NCBI GenBank assembly: GCA_964016885.1
Contig: OZ024766.1
Span: forward strand, 3,162,001-3,226,000
Source: Eledone cirrhosa
Taxonomy: Eukaryota
Direction of reading: 5' to 3'
DNA: 64,000 bases
Positions 23,713 to 37,178 of the stretch are shown piece after piece (positions within the stretch are counted from its first letter, which is position 1; each line of letters begins with the position of its first letter). The position numbers were made by a program, and so were the translations under genes. The notes under the pieces are model-generated. The model was not told where the DNA came from. It was given only the letters and a program-made list of their open reading frames with translations, and did no database searches.

Positions 23713-24379
23713 TATAGAAGTACACCCTACTTTGATATCAATAGGGGAAAACATTTTCCCTGTTTCTTTTGACTAGATTTATAGAAAAACTAGGGTGAAA
23801 GGGAGTCAAAAGACGATCGGAGGTTCACAGATCTACACCCACCTCGCCTTTCGTGGGGAAAAATTAACTCTTTTTATTTTGTGCTGTCAACTAATCTGAC
23901 CCCCAAGGTGCTCCCAATCATCTTTTTCTCCCGGGTTAGGGTTTCTGTTATCCAGATAAAAATCGATTGCGAGAATCTTGGAAGTTAGATTAGTTGATAG
24001 CACACGAAATAACCGAGGAAAGAAATTATTTTCCCACTGAAATGGAGGGGTGTGTTGTATAAATTGACCTAAACTACACATTATAATACAAGGTAGTGAA
24101 CAACATGATTAAATAGACGGAGGTAATTTAAATAATAAAGACACTCATAATAACAATCTATTTTATATCACATGTAACAGTAGAATCTAGCTATTGTAAA
24201 ATAAGACAACATTTCAGTCTAGAAGTATTTTCCTGTATATAAAAGTGACGAGGAAGAAATATGTCCAAAGTTGTTAAATATTTTCACTTGTATATAATTA
24301 CTGTATCGTTGAAAGGTTCACATAATTCTATTATTTACACACATTATTATAGACTTCAAGTAAATCTTCCTCAACTTAC

Positions 24380-24546
24380 CCCCTTCCCATGTAATCAATG
24401 TGTTGTCTTCTTATATTTTATTAAACAAAGAAATAATCTCTTTGTTGTTGTTGAATAAGAATTTTTAGAGATTTCATCAGCTTTTCTTTGTCCGCCATTA
24501 ACGTTGGTGTATCTTCTTATTCTTTAGCCACAGATTCGTATCTTGT
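24380..24546 (-). promoter_or_regulatory. Predicted exon 1 / promoter block of ZNF-3 with uORF 24498-24421; intron 24379-22342
   Basis: Conserved donor, acceptor and CCGCCATT (24492). Confidence 0.65.
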
Positions 24547-24637
24547 TACCGTGGAGCTGTTAAGCTAGTTTTCTTTCTTTCTTTCTCATTATTTGTATAC
24601 GTGAATATATATATATGTATATATATTTGTCAAATTG

Positions 24638-24679
<42 letters not shown>

Positions 24680-24680
<1 letters not shown>

Positions 24681-25115
24681 CGTTAACGTACATTCTCCCA
24701 TGTTAACATGGGTTATACGAGCTGTCCCGTTTTGTGGCAAGTCAGATCAGATGACCGTCTCTTGTTTATACAGAACTATCTCTAGTTTGGTTTCTACGGC
24801 TAGATACCCATCCAAACGCCAACCATGTTTACAGTGTAGAGTTGCTCTTTTCTAAGCAACAAAATGATCACTATAAACTGTAAACAGGCCACTTTTTCTT
24901 ATGTCACCAACACCACCACTTTACAGGGTGGACTGGATGCATTTGTCATGTTACCAACACTTTAGAGTGTAGACTGGGCGCTTTTCATCATGTCACCAAC
25001 ACCAGCACTTTACAGGGTGGACTGGATGCATTTGTCATGTTACCAACACTTTAGCGTGTAGACTGGGCACTTTTCATCATGTCACCAACACCAGCACTTT
25101 ACAGGGTTGACTGAG
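24680..25115 (-). mobile_element. RTE-tail-type retroposon with internal ~40-bp tandem expansion (paralogs 32382-32740, 39296-39650, 47628-47990, 55092-55660)
   Basis: TTAACGTACATT..CCATG, TTTCTACGGCTAGATACCC..CCAAACGCCAACC, then repeated ATGTCACCAACACCAGCACTTTACAGGGTGGACTGG. Confidence 0.6.
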
Positions 25116-25409
25116 AGCTTCAGTCATTTCAGCAACATTGTGGGAGAGTGTTTATCTTCCCATGTTTGTATACATTGGTTGGTCTAGAGAGGTACCTCAG
25201 TTGTGTAAAGTGTGGTTGCATGTCTGTTGGGTGGGTACTTAGCTGCTGAAGGGTGGAGTGTTAAGTCGTGGGTGAAAGATGGAGTGTTAAGATATGGGAG
25301 GTGTATGGAAGTGGGTGGTCCATACTAGTAAGCTCTAGATATTGCTTCCTCTAATACACATGGAAAGGCAGGTCTTCTGAAGTACAGCATAATGCCAGAG
25401 ATCTCAATC

Positions 25410-25560
25410 CTATCTGATACACATCACACATCCATACCACTACAATCTCTTCTCCTGTACATTGCATCTGGCCACTCATATGTCCAGTTTCTCTCTCAGT
25501 TCAATTACACTTTGCCATTCATACATAATACTATTACACATCCATCGGAGCAAGTTGAAA
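25410..25560 (-). mobile_element. Short RTE LINE fragment (paralogs ~40545-40700, ~48895-49050)
   Basis: Minus strand reads RWMCNSIMYEWQSVIELREKLDI*VARCNVQEKRL*WYG, homologous to the 3930-4050 part of the RTE copy. Confidence 0.65.
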
Positions 25561-25737
25561 TGACTGACTTGACAAATTCCTCAAATATAAATCTTTTATT
25601 GACAAAACAGGGATTGAAATTTAAGACATTAATACAATTTATAGAATGGTTTATGAAAAACAAATAAATGATTTCAAAAAGAAACAAATCAATACAAAGA
25701 GAAAAAGAAAAAGAGGAAAAGATTCACATAATCCTTG

Positions 25738-26321
25738 AATTATACACTACAGGGAATGTGGGTGTTGGCCTCTAAATATATCTTGAGGTCAGGGATAGAG
25801 GGTCCCTCAATTACACACTACAACAGGGAATGTGGGTGTTGCCCTCTAAATATTTTTCCTGAGGCCAGTTACAGCATTATGTCATGGGACAGAGGGTCCC
25901 TCAATTATACATTACAACAGGGAATGTGAGTGTTGCCCTCTAAATATTTCTTGAGGCCAGTTACAGCATTATGTCATGGGATAGAGGGTCCATCAATTAT
26001 ACACTAAAGCAGGGAGTGTGGGTGTTGCCCTCTAAATATTTCTTGAAGTCAGTTACAGCATTAAGTTAGGGATAAAGGGCCCCTTAACCCTTTAGCATTC
26101 ACATTACTCTATATATACTATTATATTTTCATGGTAAAGGCTTTATCTCACATAATATCGAATCTATGAGATTTTGAAAGTATTTATTTTGAGAACAATA
26201 CCTTAACATCAGTTTGAGCAACCAGTTACAGCCAGTTTCAACAGAAAGAAGTAGAGAATTCTGGCCGGTTTGAACATTAAAGGGTTAACTATACACTACA
26301 ACAGGGAATGTGGGTGTTGCC
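25738..26321. repeat. ~92-bp minisatellite (4-5 copies) in the 3' flank; paralogs 32944-33527, 40875-41458, 49223-49806
   Basis: Direct repeats of CAATTAYACAYTACAACAGGGAATGTGGGTGTTGCCCTCTAAATATTT...GGGATAGAGGGTCCCT. Confidence 0.85.
26088..26284. mobile_element. 197-bp TTAA-flanked MITE (piggyBac-like termini)
   Basis: TTAA|CCCTTTA...TAAAGGG|TTAA, inserted inside a 92-bp repeat unit. No such insert at the related site near 5040. Confidence 0.8.
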
Positions 26322-26519
26322 AAAAAATAAATTTAAGAAGACAACTATCAGACATGAGAATGACTTTAATCCCATTTAAAAATAAAATTTAAAAAATGGA
26401 AAGCAATATTTAGAAAGCTGTAGAAATACTAAGAGTTTCCTTGTGATGTTAGTTGACAATAAGTTTATATTTGTAAGATGAAGGACATGTCACATTGTCA
26501 AGTTAAAAGGTTTGTTTAT

Positions 26520-26880
26520 TTTTCTCTGTTTAAGTTACTGATATAGTTTTTCACCAGTGTCATCTTTTGTGCTTAGTTAAAGATAAGTTACTGCCAAAAT
26601 ATTCCCCACATGTTACACAATGGTAATATTTCTCTCCAGTGTGGTCTTTTGTGTTTATTCAAGTTACTGTTACTGCCAAAATATTCCCCACATGTTAAAC
26701 AATGGTAATATTTCTCTCCAGTGTGGTCTTTTGTGTTTATTCAAGTTAGTTACTGCCGAAATATTCCCCACATCTTAAACAGTGGCCTCTCTCCAGTGTG
26801 TGTTCTTTGTTTATTTAAATGACTCCTTACAACAAAAGATTTTCTATAATTCACAACGAAAGGGTTTCTCTCCAGAGCCT
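26520..26880 (-). pseudogene. Ancient fossil zinc fingers including an 80-82-bp finger-derived minisatellite (paralogs ~33730-34085, ~41660-42180, ~50000-50355)
   Basis: Minus strand reads HTGEKYYHCVTCGEYFGSNSNLNKHKR with frameshifts, plus SGEKPFRC near 26870. Confidence 0.8.
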
Positions 26881-27303
26881 GATAATTTGTAAACCGTTAA
26901 CTGACCTCTTACCCTGTTGCTCAACTTTGTAGAAATAGCAGCCAAATTGCTCTACATTACTAGGTCAGTGGAAGGACACAAACACACATATATAGTCATA
27001 TTTCCTTTCCCTTTATTTTCCTTTTAACCTCACCCCCCTCAAATACTTTCCAACTTGTTACCTTGGTAATTCTAACCCACTCTCAATGTATGGCTTTTAA
27101 ACACACATACCCACTTTTCATTTTCATATTCCACAATGCTTCAAGCAAACTACCACACCACATGTGTCTGTCCTGTGTGACCCCTATTTTGAATTCATAT
27201 TCTAAAGTCTTAGCCATGCAGGATTTTTAATATAATAGACATCACACCGCCAGGTCTGACAGCCTCTATTCTCCCTTCTCACCTTTTATACACCTCAGTC
27301 TCA

Positions 27304-29487
27304 TTAATCTTTATCTGTACATGGGACTAAAGTTGGTACCACACTGATATCACACTCATGAGGTTTCTCTCCTGTATGAATATATGTGTGTCTTGTTAAA
27401 TGATCTAACCGAGAGAATGATTTACCACAAATTTCACAGGGATAAGGTTTTTCTCCTGTATGACTACGCATGTGTCTAGTTAAATGACTTGTAGAAAAGA
27501 ACGATTTACCACAGACATCACAGTGATAAGGTTTATCTCCTGTATGACTACGTTTGTGTATTGTTAAAGGACCTAACTGAGAGAATGATTTTCCACAGAT
27601 ATCACAGGGATAAGGCTTCTCTCCTGTATGACTACGTTTGTGTATAGTGACACCACTTATACAGGAGAATGATTTACCACAGATATCACAGTGATGAGGT
27701 TTCTCTCCTGTATGACTGCGTTTGTGTTCGGTTACGTGACTTGTACTAGAGAATGATTTACCACAGATATCACAGTGATAAGGTTTCTCTCCTGTATGAC
27801 TACGTTTGTGCATAGTCAAGGCACTTGTATGAGAGAATGATTTACCACAGATATCACAGTGATGAGGTTTCTCTCCTGTATGAATATATTTATGTATTGT
27901 TAAAGGACCTAACTGAGAGAATGATTTTCCACAGATATCACAGGGATAAGGTTTCTCTCCTGTATGACTACGTTTGTGTCTAGTGACACCACTTATACGG
28001 GAGAATGATTTACCACAGATATCACAGTCATGAGGTTTCTCTCCTGTATGACAACATTTGTGTTCGGTTACGTGACTTGTACTAGAGAATGATTTACCAC
28101 AGATATCACAGGGATAAGGTTTCTCTCCTGTATGACTACGCATGTGTCTAGTTAAATGACTTGTTCGAGAGAATGATTTAGCACAGATATCACAGGGATA
28201 AGGTTTCTCTCCTGTATGACTACGTCTGTGTCTAGTTAAATGACTTGTTCGAGAGAATGATTTACCACAGATATCACAGGGATAAGGTTTCTCTCCTGTA
28301 TGACTACGTTTGTGTATAGTTACACCACTTTTAAGAGAGAATGATTTACCACAGATATCACAGCGATAAGGTTTCTCTCCTGTATGACTACGTTTGTGTA
28401 TAGTGACAGCACTTAAACAGGAGAATGATTTACCACAGATATCACAGTGATGAGGTTTCTCTCCTGTATGACTACGTTTGTGTTCGGTTACGTGACTTGT
28501 ACGAGAGAATGATTTACCACAGATACCACATGGATAAGGTTTCTCTCCTGTATGACTACGTTTGTGTATAGTTACATCACTTTTAAGAGAGAATGATTTA
28601 CCACAGATATCACAGGGATAAGGTTTCTCTCCTGTATGACTATGCATGTGTCTAGTCAAGGCACTTGTATGAGAGAACGATTTACCACAGATATCACAGG
28701 GATAAGGTTTCTCTCCTGTATGACTACGTTTGTGTATAGTTACACCACTTTTAAGAGAGAATGATTTACCACAGATATCACAGCGATAAGGTTTCTCTCC
28801 TGTATGACTACGTTTGTGTATAGTTACACCACTTTTAAGAGAGAATGATTTACCACAGATATCACAGTGATAAGGTTTCTCTCCTGTATGACTACGTTTG
28901 TGTATAGTTACATCACTTTTAAGAGAGAATGATTTGCCACAGATATCACACGGATAAGGTTTCTCTCCTGTATGACTACGTTTGTGTCTAGTGACACCAC
29001 TTATACAGGAGAATGATTTACCACAGATATCACAGGGATAAGGTTTCTCTCCTGTATGACAACGTTTGTGTTCGGTTACGTGACTTGTACGAGAGAATGA
29101 TTTACCACAAATATCACAGGGATATGGTTTCTCACCTGTATGACTACGTCTGTGTCTAGTTAAATGAGTTGTTCGAGAGAATGATTTACCACAGATATCA
29201 CAGGGATAAGGTTTCTCTCCTGTATGACTACGTTTGTGAGTAGTTAAATGACCTAACTGAGAGAATGATTTACCACAGATATCACAGTGATGAGGTTTCT
29301 CCCCTGTATGACTACATTTGTGTATAGTTACATCACTTGTACAAGAGAATGATTTACCACAGATATCACAGGGATAAGCTTTCTCTCCTGTATGACTACG
29401 CTTGTGTATAGTTAAGGCACTTGTACAAGAGAATGATTTACCACAGATATCACAGCAGTATGATGATTTTCCTTCCTCCTCTGACAT
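27304..29487 (-). CDS. C2H2 zinc-finger gene ZNF-4, 727 aa, 25 fingers plus non-finger tail [13 protein letters not shown]
   Basis: ORF track frame; ATG (MSEEE) at 29487 preferred over the TTG start at 29583. Confidence 0.92.
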   Translation of the reverse strand: MSEEEGKSSYCCDICGKSFSCTSALTIHKRSHTGEKAYPCDICGKSFSCTSDVTIHKCSHTGEKPHHCDICGKSFSQLGHLTTHKRSHTGEKPYPCDICGKSFSRTTHLTRHRRSHTGEKPYPCDICGKSFSRTSHVTEHKRCHTGEKPYPCDICGKSFSCISGVTRHKRSHTGEKPYPCDICGKSFSLKSDVTIHKRSHTGEKPYHCDICGKSFSLKSGVTIHKRSHTGEKPYRCDICGKSFSLKSGVTIHKRSHTGEKPYPCDICGKSFSHTSALTRHMHSHTGEKPYPCDICGKSFSLKSDVTIHKRSHTGEKPYPCGICGKSFSRTSHVTEHKRSHTGEKPHHCDICGKSFSCLSAVTIHKRSHTGEKPYRCDICGKSFSLKSGVTIHKRSHTGEKPYPCDICGKSFSRTSHLTRHRRSHTGEKPYPCDICAKSFSRTSHLTRHMRSHTGEKPYPCDICGKSFSSTSHVTEHKCCHTGEKPHDCDICGKSFSRISGVTRHKRSHTGEKPYPCDICGKSFSQLGPLTIHKYIHTGEKPHHCDICGKSFSHTSALTMHKRSHTGEKPYHCDICGKSFSSTSHVTEHKRSHTGEKPHHCDICGKSFSCISGVTIHKRSHTGEKPYPCDICGKSFSQLGPLTIHKRSHTGDKPYHCDVCGKSFFSTSHLTRHMRSHTGEKPYPCEICGKSFSRLDHLTRHTYIHTGEKPHECDISVVPTLVPCTDKD

Positions 29488-30199
29488 CTCTTCAAGAAAA
29501 AATTTCAATCTTTTAAGTGTCTTCCTCAATACAATATATTGATATTTTTGCTTGGTTTTGATTTTACAGTTTATTCCCAACAAATATTTCCTCTGTTAAA
29601 TCTCCATCAGCTCTGCTCTTTGTTGATATCTGAATATGATGTAAATTCCTTTGTAAATTTTTGCAACCTTATTAAGAATGCAGAATCTTGAACATTTTCC
29701 AGATAGGAAGAAGAGAAATCTTTCCATCAACCTCAGTTTAGAAGAAATATTTCACTGTAATTCACCAAATGTTGATATAAAAACACTTATATAAACACTC
29801 TGTAAAATCTTGTGTTAGTCTTTTAAACAATGATATTGATGTTGTATCTGAAGTTAAAATTTCTCTTCTGTCAATGTCATGTGATATTCTGAAATAACAG
29901 AGAAACAAAATAAGATATAGAGGAGATGATATTAAAATGTTGTGATTCAACAATGGAAATTTTACCTTTCTTTAATGATAAATAGTCAACATCATCATCG
30001 TTTAACATCCATCTTCCACACTAGTGTAAAATATATATAATGAAAATAAAAATGATTGTGTACAGTGCTCAGGTGCACTACAACTGATAGAATTATGTAC
30101 AAATGTCAGGAAAATTAACAGTGTACGAGTCCTGATAAACACACGTGTTCGTGTGTGTGTATGGATGGGGAATATTAGGTGCAGTGATGGCAAATTTGG

Positions 30200-30792
30200 G
30201 GAAGCATGGAAGTTTTGAAGGATGCATTAGTGATTCGGGTAATGTCTTCAGGAAAGTCTATGAGTTGATCACAGTCGCTGGAGTTAGGGGTAAATCCAAA
30301 TTGCGTGGGTCGGATGAGGCTGTGAGAGTTCCAGAGTGGTTCTCTCACACAGGACTCCATCAGTTTGGCGATGCAGCTAGTTAGATTGACTGGACAATAG
30401 TTGAGAGGTGACATGCGATCACCCTTTTTGAACAAAGGAATGGCACTGGCAGTTTTCTACTGCTCAGAGGTAACTCCATTGTTAAGGCAGAATTGAAAGA
30501 AGAGTGAAACCTGGTGCAGAAAAAAGTAACCACCATGTCTGAGAAGCAGGTACGTAACATAATTACGACCAGGAGAAGGATAGTTGAACTTATTCTTATG
30601 GTGGCATCATAGTATCGTAGGTGTAAATTCTACACTTGTTATAGAATTTGATGTCAGAGGTGGTGGAGATGGTACATTTTGATCATCAGTAGTCCAGCCT
30701 GTGTGGGGATTGCAAAGGGTACTTATTAGAGAGTGAGGTCTCTTCTTTGAATGTACATATTTCCAGAACACTTTGCTGTCAGGGTTTTTCAC
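30200..30792 (-). mobile_element. CR1/L2-like LINE fragment in the ZNF-4 intron (shorter paralogs 37900-38012, 46255-46362, 53570-54010)
   Basis: Same motifs as 22660-23250. Confidence 0.8.
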
Positions 30793-31092
30793 AGTATTAA
30801 AACCTTATTATGTAGAACACCAATAAAAAGAGACATGCGAAGAAAAATTGCCATCAGAGAAACCTCCAAGAGTCCCATCTGCTCCATTTTCTAAAAGAAT
30901 GAGTGGTTTCTGACTGATTTTGAGGTCAGATTTGTCGAGAACACGGAGATAAAACTTGGGGTGAAAATAAACAATTTCCCTTCGAACGACTGAGGGGTTA
31001 GGGTTATAATACAAGGTTGTGAACAACATGATTTGTTAGACTGAGGTTATTTAAATAATTAAGACAGACATGACAAGGTATTAGTATAGAAG

Positions 31093-31275
31093 ATTGGCAG
31101 TATCAGTATAGTGTTAGACGCCGTGCTTTACACCATAGAGTTATGTCCCTTTACGGTCTGAGTTCAAATCCCGCCGAAGTTAACTTTGCCTTTCATCCTT
31201 ACAGGGTCGATAAGATAAAGTACCAGTAATACACCGGGTTTTTGCTGGCCTTGTGCCAAAAGTAGAAACAATTAT
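31093..31275 (+). mobile_element. tRNA-derived SINE with 8-bp TSD TATAGAAG (5'-deleted paralogs 38013-38161, 46363-46512)
   Basis: A-box-like TGGCAGTATCAGT, B-box GAGTTCAAATCC, core AACTTTGCCTTTCATCCTT..GGGTCGATAA.ATAAAGTACCAG. TSD at 31085-31092 and 31276-31283. Confidence 0.8.
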
Positions 31276-31305
31276 TATAGAAGTATACCCTGCTTTGATA
31301 TCAAT

Positions 31306-31765
31306 AGGGGAAAACATTTTCCCTGTTTCTTTTTTTCGTGTGCTATCAACCAATCTGACCTCCAAGGGGCTCGCAATTGACATTTGTCCAGCAAGATTGA
31401 AATGTTGGGAAGGGCTCCCTCCCGCTTCTCTGAGTTTACCCAACCATTTTTCTTTCCAAGTGTTATTAACGAATCTCACCTCCCAACAAGTAGGAAATGA
31501 CTAGATTTATAGAAAAACTAGGGTGAAAGGGAGTGAAAAGACGATCGGAGGTTCACAGATCTACACCCACCTCGCCTTTCGTGGGGAAAAATTACCTTTT
31601 TTTATTTTGTGCTGTCAACTAATCTGACCCCCAAGGTGCTCCCAATCATCTTTTTCTCCCGGGTTAGGGTTTCTGTTATCCAGATAAAAATCGATTGCGA
31701 GAATCTTTTTAAGTTAGATTAGTTGATAGCACACGAAATAACCGAGGAAAGAAATTATTTTCCCA
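31306..31765. repeat. Intronic element with ~75-bp imperfect inverted arms and internal subrepeats (probable non-autonomous DNA transposon); paralogs in the ZNF-5, -6, -7 introns
   Basis: TTTCGTGTGCTATCAACCAATCTGAC (31333-31358) is the near reverse complement of GTTAGATTAGTTGATAGCACACGAAA (31713-31738). Related subrepeats near 31460 and 31609. Confidence 0.65.
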
Positions 31766-32108
31766 CTGAAATGGAGGGGTGTGTTGTATAAATTGACCTA
31801 AACTACACATTATAATACAAGGTAGTGAACAACATGATTAAATAGCCGGAGGTAATTTAAATAATAAAGACACTCATAATAACAATATATTTTATATCAC
31901 ATGTAACAGTAGAATCTAGCTATTGTAAAATAAGACAAGATTTCAGTCTAGAAGTATTTTCCTGTATATAAAAGTGACGAGGAAGAAATATGTCCAAAGT
32001 TGTTAAATATTTTCACTTGTATATAATTACTGTATCGTTGAAAGGTTCACATAATTCTATTATTTACACACATTATTATAGACTTCAAGTAAATCTTTCT
32101 CAACTTAC

Positions 32109-32275
32109 CCTCTTCACATGTAATCAATGTGTTGTCTTCTTATATTATATTAAACAAAGAAATAATCTCCTTGTTGTTGTTGAATAAGAATTTCCAAAGA
32201 TTTCATCAGCTTTTCTTTGTCCGCCATTAACGTTGGTGTATCTTCTTATTCTTTAGCCACAGATTCGTATCTTGT
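32109..32275 (-). promoter_or_regulatory. Predicted exon 1 / promoter block of ZNF-4 with uORF 32227-32150; intron 32108-29889
   Basis: Conserved donor, acceptor and CCGCCATT (32221). Confidence 0.65.
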
Positions 32276-33293
32276 CACAATGAAGCTGTTAAGCTAGCTT
32301 TCTTTTTTTTTCCCTCATTATTTGTATACTTGAATATATATATATATTTGTCTACTTGATTATATATATATATATATATATCATCATCATCGCCGTTTAA
32401 CGTACATTCCGCCATGTTAATATGGGTTATACGAGCTGTCCCGTTTTGTGGCAAGTCAATCAGATGACCGTCTCTTTTTTATACACAACTATCTCTAGGT
32501 TGGTTTCTACGGCTAGATACCCATCCAAACGCCAACCATGTTTACAGTGTGGAGTTGCTCTTTTCTAAGCAACAAAATGATCGCTATACAGTGTAGACAG
32601 GCCACTTTTTCTTATGTCACCAACACCACCACTTTACAGGGTGGACTGGATGCATTTGTCATGTCACCAACACTTTAGCGTGTAGACTGGGCACTTTTCA
32701 TCATGTCACCAACACCAGCACTTTACAGGGTTGACTGAGAGCTTCAGTCATTTCAGCAGCATTGTGGGAGTGTTTATCTTCCCATGTTTGTATACATTTT
32801 TGGCAGCGTAGTATATAAATGTTATTGAGACACGACTAACATAATAATGATGTCAACAGCAGAAATTAGAGAGGAAATGTATGTTTATTTTTGTTGTAGC
32901 ACAAATAATGTTTGTTAAGAGGAAAAGATTCACATAATCCTTGAATTATACACTACAGGGAATGTGGGTGTTGGCCTCTAAATATATCTTGAGGTCAGGG
33001 ATAGAGGGTCCCTCAATTACACACTACAACAGGGAATGTGGGTGTTGCCCTCTAAATATTTTTCCTGAGGCCAGTTACAGCATTATGTTATGGGACAGAG
33101 GGTCCCTCAATTACACACTACAACAGGGAATGTGGGTGTTGCCCTCTAAATATTTCTTGAGGCCAGTTACAGCATTATGTCATGGGATAGAGGGTCCATC
33201 AATTATACACTAAAGCAGGGAGTGTGGGTGTTGCCCTCTAAATAATTCTTGAAGTCAGTTACAGCATTAAGTTAGGGATAAAGGGCCCCTTAA

Positions 33294-33490
33294 CCCTTTA
33301 GCATTCACATTACTCTATATATACTATTATATGTTCATGGTAAAGGCTTTATCTCACATAATATCGAATCTATGAGATTTTGAAAGTATTTATTTTAAGA
33401 ACAATACCTTAACATCAGTTTGAGCAACCAGTTACAGCCAGTTTCAACAGAATGAGGTAGAGAATTCTGGCCGGTTTGAACATTAAAGGG
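33294..33490. mobile_element. TTAA-flanked MITE, duplicated with the unit
   Basis: Same termini and position as 26088-26284. Confidence 0.8.
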
Positions 33491-34497
33491 TTAACTATAC
33501 ACTACAACAGGGAATGTGGGTGTTGCCAAAAAATAAATTTAAGAAGACAACTATCAGACATGAGAATGACTTTAATCCCATTTAAAAATAAAATTTAAAA
33601 AATGGAAAGCAATATTTAGAAAGCTCTAGAAATACTAAGGGTTTCCTTGTGATGTTAGTTGACAATAAGTTTATATTTGTAAGATGAAGGACATGTCACA
33701 TTGTCAAGTTAAAAGGTTTGTTTATTTTTCTCTGTTTAAGTTACTGATATAGTTTTTCACCAGTGTCATCTTTTGTGCTTAGTTAAAGATAAGTTACTGC
33801 CAAAATATTCCCCACATGTTACACAATGGTAATATTTCTCTCCAGTGTGGTCTTTTGTGTTTATTCAAATTAGTGTTACTGCCAAAATATTCCCCACATG
33901 TTACACAATGGTAATATTTCTCTCCAGTGTGGTCTTGTGTGTTTATTCAAGTTAGTTACTGCCGAAATATTCCCCACATCTTAAACAGTGGCCTCTCTCC
34001 AGTGTGTGTTCTTTGTTTATTTAAATGACTCCTTACAACAAAAGATTTTCTATGTTTCACAACGAAAGGGTTTCTCTCCAGAGCCTGATAATTTGTAAAC
34101 CGTTAACTGACCTCTTACCCTGTTGCTCAACTTTGTAGAAATAGCAGCCAAATTGCTCTACATTACTAGGTCAATGGAAGGACACATAAATACATATGTA
34201 GTCATACTTCCTTTCCTTTTAACCTCACCTCCCTCAAATAGTTTCCAACTTGTTACCTTGGTAATTCTAACCCTCTCAATGTATGGTTTTTAAACACACA
34301 TACCCACTTTTCATTTTCATATTCCACAATGCTTCAAGCAAACTACCCACACCACATGTGTCTGTCCTGTGTGACCCCTATTTTGAATTCATATTCTAAA
34401 GTCTTAGCCATACAGAATTTTTAATATAAGAGACATCACACTGCCAGGTCTGACAGCCTCTATTCTCCCTTCTCACCTTTTATACACCTCAGTGTCA

Positions 34498-34946
34498 TTA
34501 ATCTTTGTCTGTACATGGTACTAAAGTTGGTACCACACTAATATCACACTCATGAGGTTTCTCTCCTGTATGAATATATGTGTGTCTTGATAAATGATCT
34601 AACCGAGAGAATGATTTACCACAAATTTCACAGGGATAAAGTTTCTCTCCTGTATGACTACGCATGTGTCTAGTTAAATGACTTGTAGAAAAGAACGATT
34701 TACCACAGACCTCACAGTGATAAGGTTTCTCTCCTGTATGACTACGTTTGTGCATAGTCAAGGCACTTGTATGAGAGAATGATTTACTACAGATATCACA
34801 GTGATACGGTTTCTCTCCTGTATGACTACGTTTGTGTATAGTGACACCACTTATACAGGAGAATGATTTACCACAGATATCACAGTGATGAGGTTTCTCT
34901 CCTGTATGAATATATTTGTGTATTGTTAAAGGACCTAACTGAGAGA
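34498..34946 (-). pseudogene. Out-of-frame tail of ZNF-5 (4 fingers plus [13 protein letters not shown])
   Basis: Continues after the lesion at 34947; ORF track 34498-34761. Confidence 0.85.
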
Positions 34947-37178
34947 TTATTTCCCACAGATATCACAGGGATAAGGTTTCTCTCCTGTATGAGTACGTTT
35001 GTGTCTAGTGACACCACTCATACAGGAGAATGATTTACCACAGATATCACAGGGATAAGGTTTCTCTCCTGTATGACTACGTTTGTGTTCGGTTACGTGA
35101 CTTGTACTAGAGAATGATTTACCACAGATATCACAGTGATAAGGTTTCTCTCCTGTATGACTACGTTTGTGCATAGTCAAGGCACTTGTATGAGAGAATG
35201 ATTTACCACAGATATCACAGTGATGAGGTTTTTCTCCTGTATGAATATATTTATGTATTGTTAAAGGACCTAACTGAGAGAATGATTTTCCACAGATATC
35301 ACAGTGATAAGGTTTCTCTCCTGTATGACTACGTTTGTGTCTTGTGACACCACTTATACAGGAGAATGATTTACCACAGATATCACAGTGATGAGGTTTC
35401 TCTCCTGTATGACTACGTTTGTGAGTAGTTAACTGACCTAACTGAGAGAATGATTTACCACAGATATCACAGTGATACGGTTTCTCTCCTGTATGACTAC
35501 GTTTGTGTTCGGTTACGTGATTTGTACGAGAGAATGATTTACCACAGATATCACAGGGATAAGGTTTCTCTCCTGTATGACTACGTTTGTGTCTAGTGAC
35601 ATCACTTATACAGGAGAATGATTTACCACAGATATCACAGGGGTAAGGTTTCTCTCCTGTATGACTACGTTTGTGTCTAGTGACATCACTTATACAGGAG
35701 AATGATTTACCACAGATATCACAGGGGTAAGGTTTCTCTCCTGTATGTCTACGTTTGTGAGTCGTTAAATGACCTAACTGAGAGAATGATTTACCACAGA
35801 TATCACAGTGATGAGGTTTCTCTCCTGTATGACTACGTTTGTGTATAGTAACACCACTTATACAGGAGAATGATTTACCACAGATATCACAGGGATAAGG
35901 TTTCTCTCCTGTATGACGTTTGTGTTCGGTTACGTGACTTGTACGAGAGAATGATTTACCACAAATATCATAGGGATAAGGTTTCTCTCCTGTATGACAT
36001 TTGTGTATAGTTAAATGATTTGTTCGAGAGAATGATTTACCACAGATATCACAGGGGTAAGGTTTCTCTCCTGTATGACTATGTTTGTGTATAGTTAAGG
36101 CACTTTTAAAAGAGAATGATTTACCAGAGATATCACAGGGATAAGGTTTCTCTCCTGTACGACTACGTTTGTGTATAGTTACATCACTTTTAAGAGAGAA
36201 TGATTTACCACAGATATCACAGGGATAAAGTTTCTCTCCTGTATGACTACGTTTGTGTATAGTTAAGTAAGTTGTTCGAGAGAATGATTTACCACAGATA
36301 TTACAGGGATAAGGTTTCTCTCCTGTATGACTACGTTTGTGTTCGGTTACGTGACTTGTACGAGAAAATGATTTACCACAGATATCACAGGGATAAGGTT
36401 TCTCTCCTGTATGACTACGCTTGTGTTCGGTTACGTGACTTGTACAAGAGAATGATTTACCACAGATTTCACAGGGATAAGGTTTCTCTCCTGTATGACT
36501 ACGTTTGTGTATAGTTAAGGCACTTTTAAAAGAGAATGATTTACCACAGATATCACAGGGATAAGGCTTCTCTCTTGTATGACTACGCATGTGTATAGTT
36601 AAGGCACTTGTACAAGAGAATGATTTACCACAGATATCACAGGGATAAGGTATCCCTCCTGTATGACTACGTTTGTGAGTAGTTAAATGACCTAACTGAG
36701 AGAATGATTTACCACAGATTTCACAGGGATAATGTTTCTTTCCTGTATGACTACGTTTGTGTATAGTTAAGTAAGTTGTTCGAGTGAATGATTTACCACA
36801 GATATCACAGGGGTAAGGTTTCTCTCCTGTATGACTACGTTTGTGAGTAGTTAAATGACCTAACTGAGAGAATGATTTACCACAGATTTCACAGGGATAA
36901 GGTTTCTCCCCTGTATGATAACGCATGTGTATAGTTATATCACTTTTACGAGAGAATGATTTACCACAGATTTCACAGGGATAAGGTTTCTCTCCTGTAT
37001 GACTACGTTTGTGTATAGTTAAGGCACTTTTAAAAGAGAATGATTTACCACAGATATCACAGGGATAAGGTTTCTCTCCTGTATGACTACATTTGTGTAT
37101 AGTTACATCACTTTTAAGAGAGAATGATTTACCACAGATATTACAGCAGTATGATGATTTTCCTTCCTCTTCTGACAT
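34947..37178 (-). CDS. C2H2 zinc-finger gene ZNF-5, 743 aa, about 26 finger units (several degenerate), ends at a frameshift/stop
   Basis: ATG at 37178. Defective units KRSRTG, CDISG, YPYDIC and two 1-codon deletions. GAGAGAATGATTTT changed to GAGAGATTATTT gives TAA. Confidence 0.85.
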   Translation of the reverse strand: MSEEEGKSSYCCNICGKSFSLKSDVTIHKCSHTGEKPYPCDICGKSFSFKSALTIHKRSHTGEKPYPCEICGKSFSRKSDITIHMRYHTGEKPYPCEICGKSFSQLGHLTTHKRSHTGEKPYPCDICGKSFTRTTYLTIHKRSHTGKKHYPCEICGKSFSQLGHLTTHKRSHTGGIPYPCDICGKSFSCTSALTIHMRSHTREKPYPCDICGKSFSFKSALTIHKRSHTGEKPYPCEICGKSFSCTSHVTEHKRSHTGEKPYPCDICGKSFSRTSHVTEHKRSHTGEKPYPCNICGKSFSRTTYLTIHKRSHTGEKLYPCDICGKSFSLKSDVTIHKRSRTGEKPYPCDISGKSFSFKSALTIHKHSHTGEKPYPCDICGKSFSRTNHLTIHKCHTGEKPYPYDICGKSFSRTSHVTEHKRHTGEKPYPCDICGKSFSCISGVTIHKRSHTGEKPHHCDICGKSFSQLGHLTTHKRRHTGEKPYPCDICGKSFSCISDVTRHKRSHTGEKPYPCDICGKSFSCISDVTRHKRSHTGEKPYPCDICGKSFSRTNHVTEHKRSHTGEKPYHCDICGKSFSQLGQLTTHKRSHTGEKPHHCDICGKSFSCISGVTRHKRSHTGEKPYHCDICGKSFSQLGPLTIHKYIHTGEKPHHCDICGKSFSHTSALTMHKRSHTGEKPYHCDICGKSFSSTSHVTEHKRSHTGEKPYPCDICGKSFSCMSGVTRHKRTHTGEKPYPCDICGK

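Noticed and set aside
29488-29583. N-terminal extensions of ZNF-4 and ZNF-5 in the ORF track
   Set aside because: Non-ATG starts that differ among paralogs; the MSEEE ATG is conserved.
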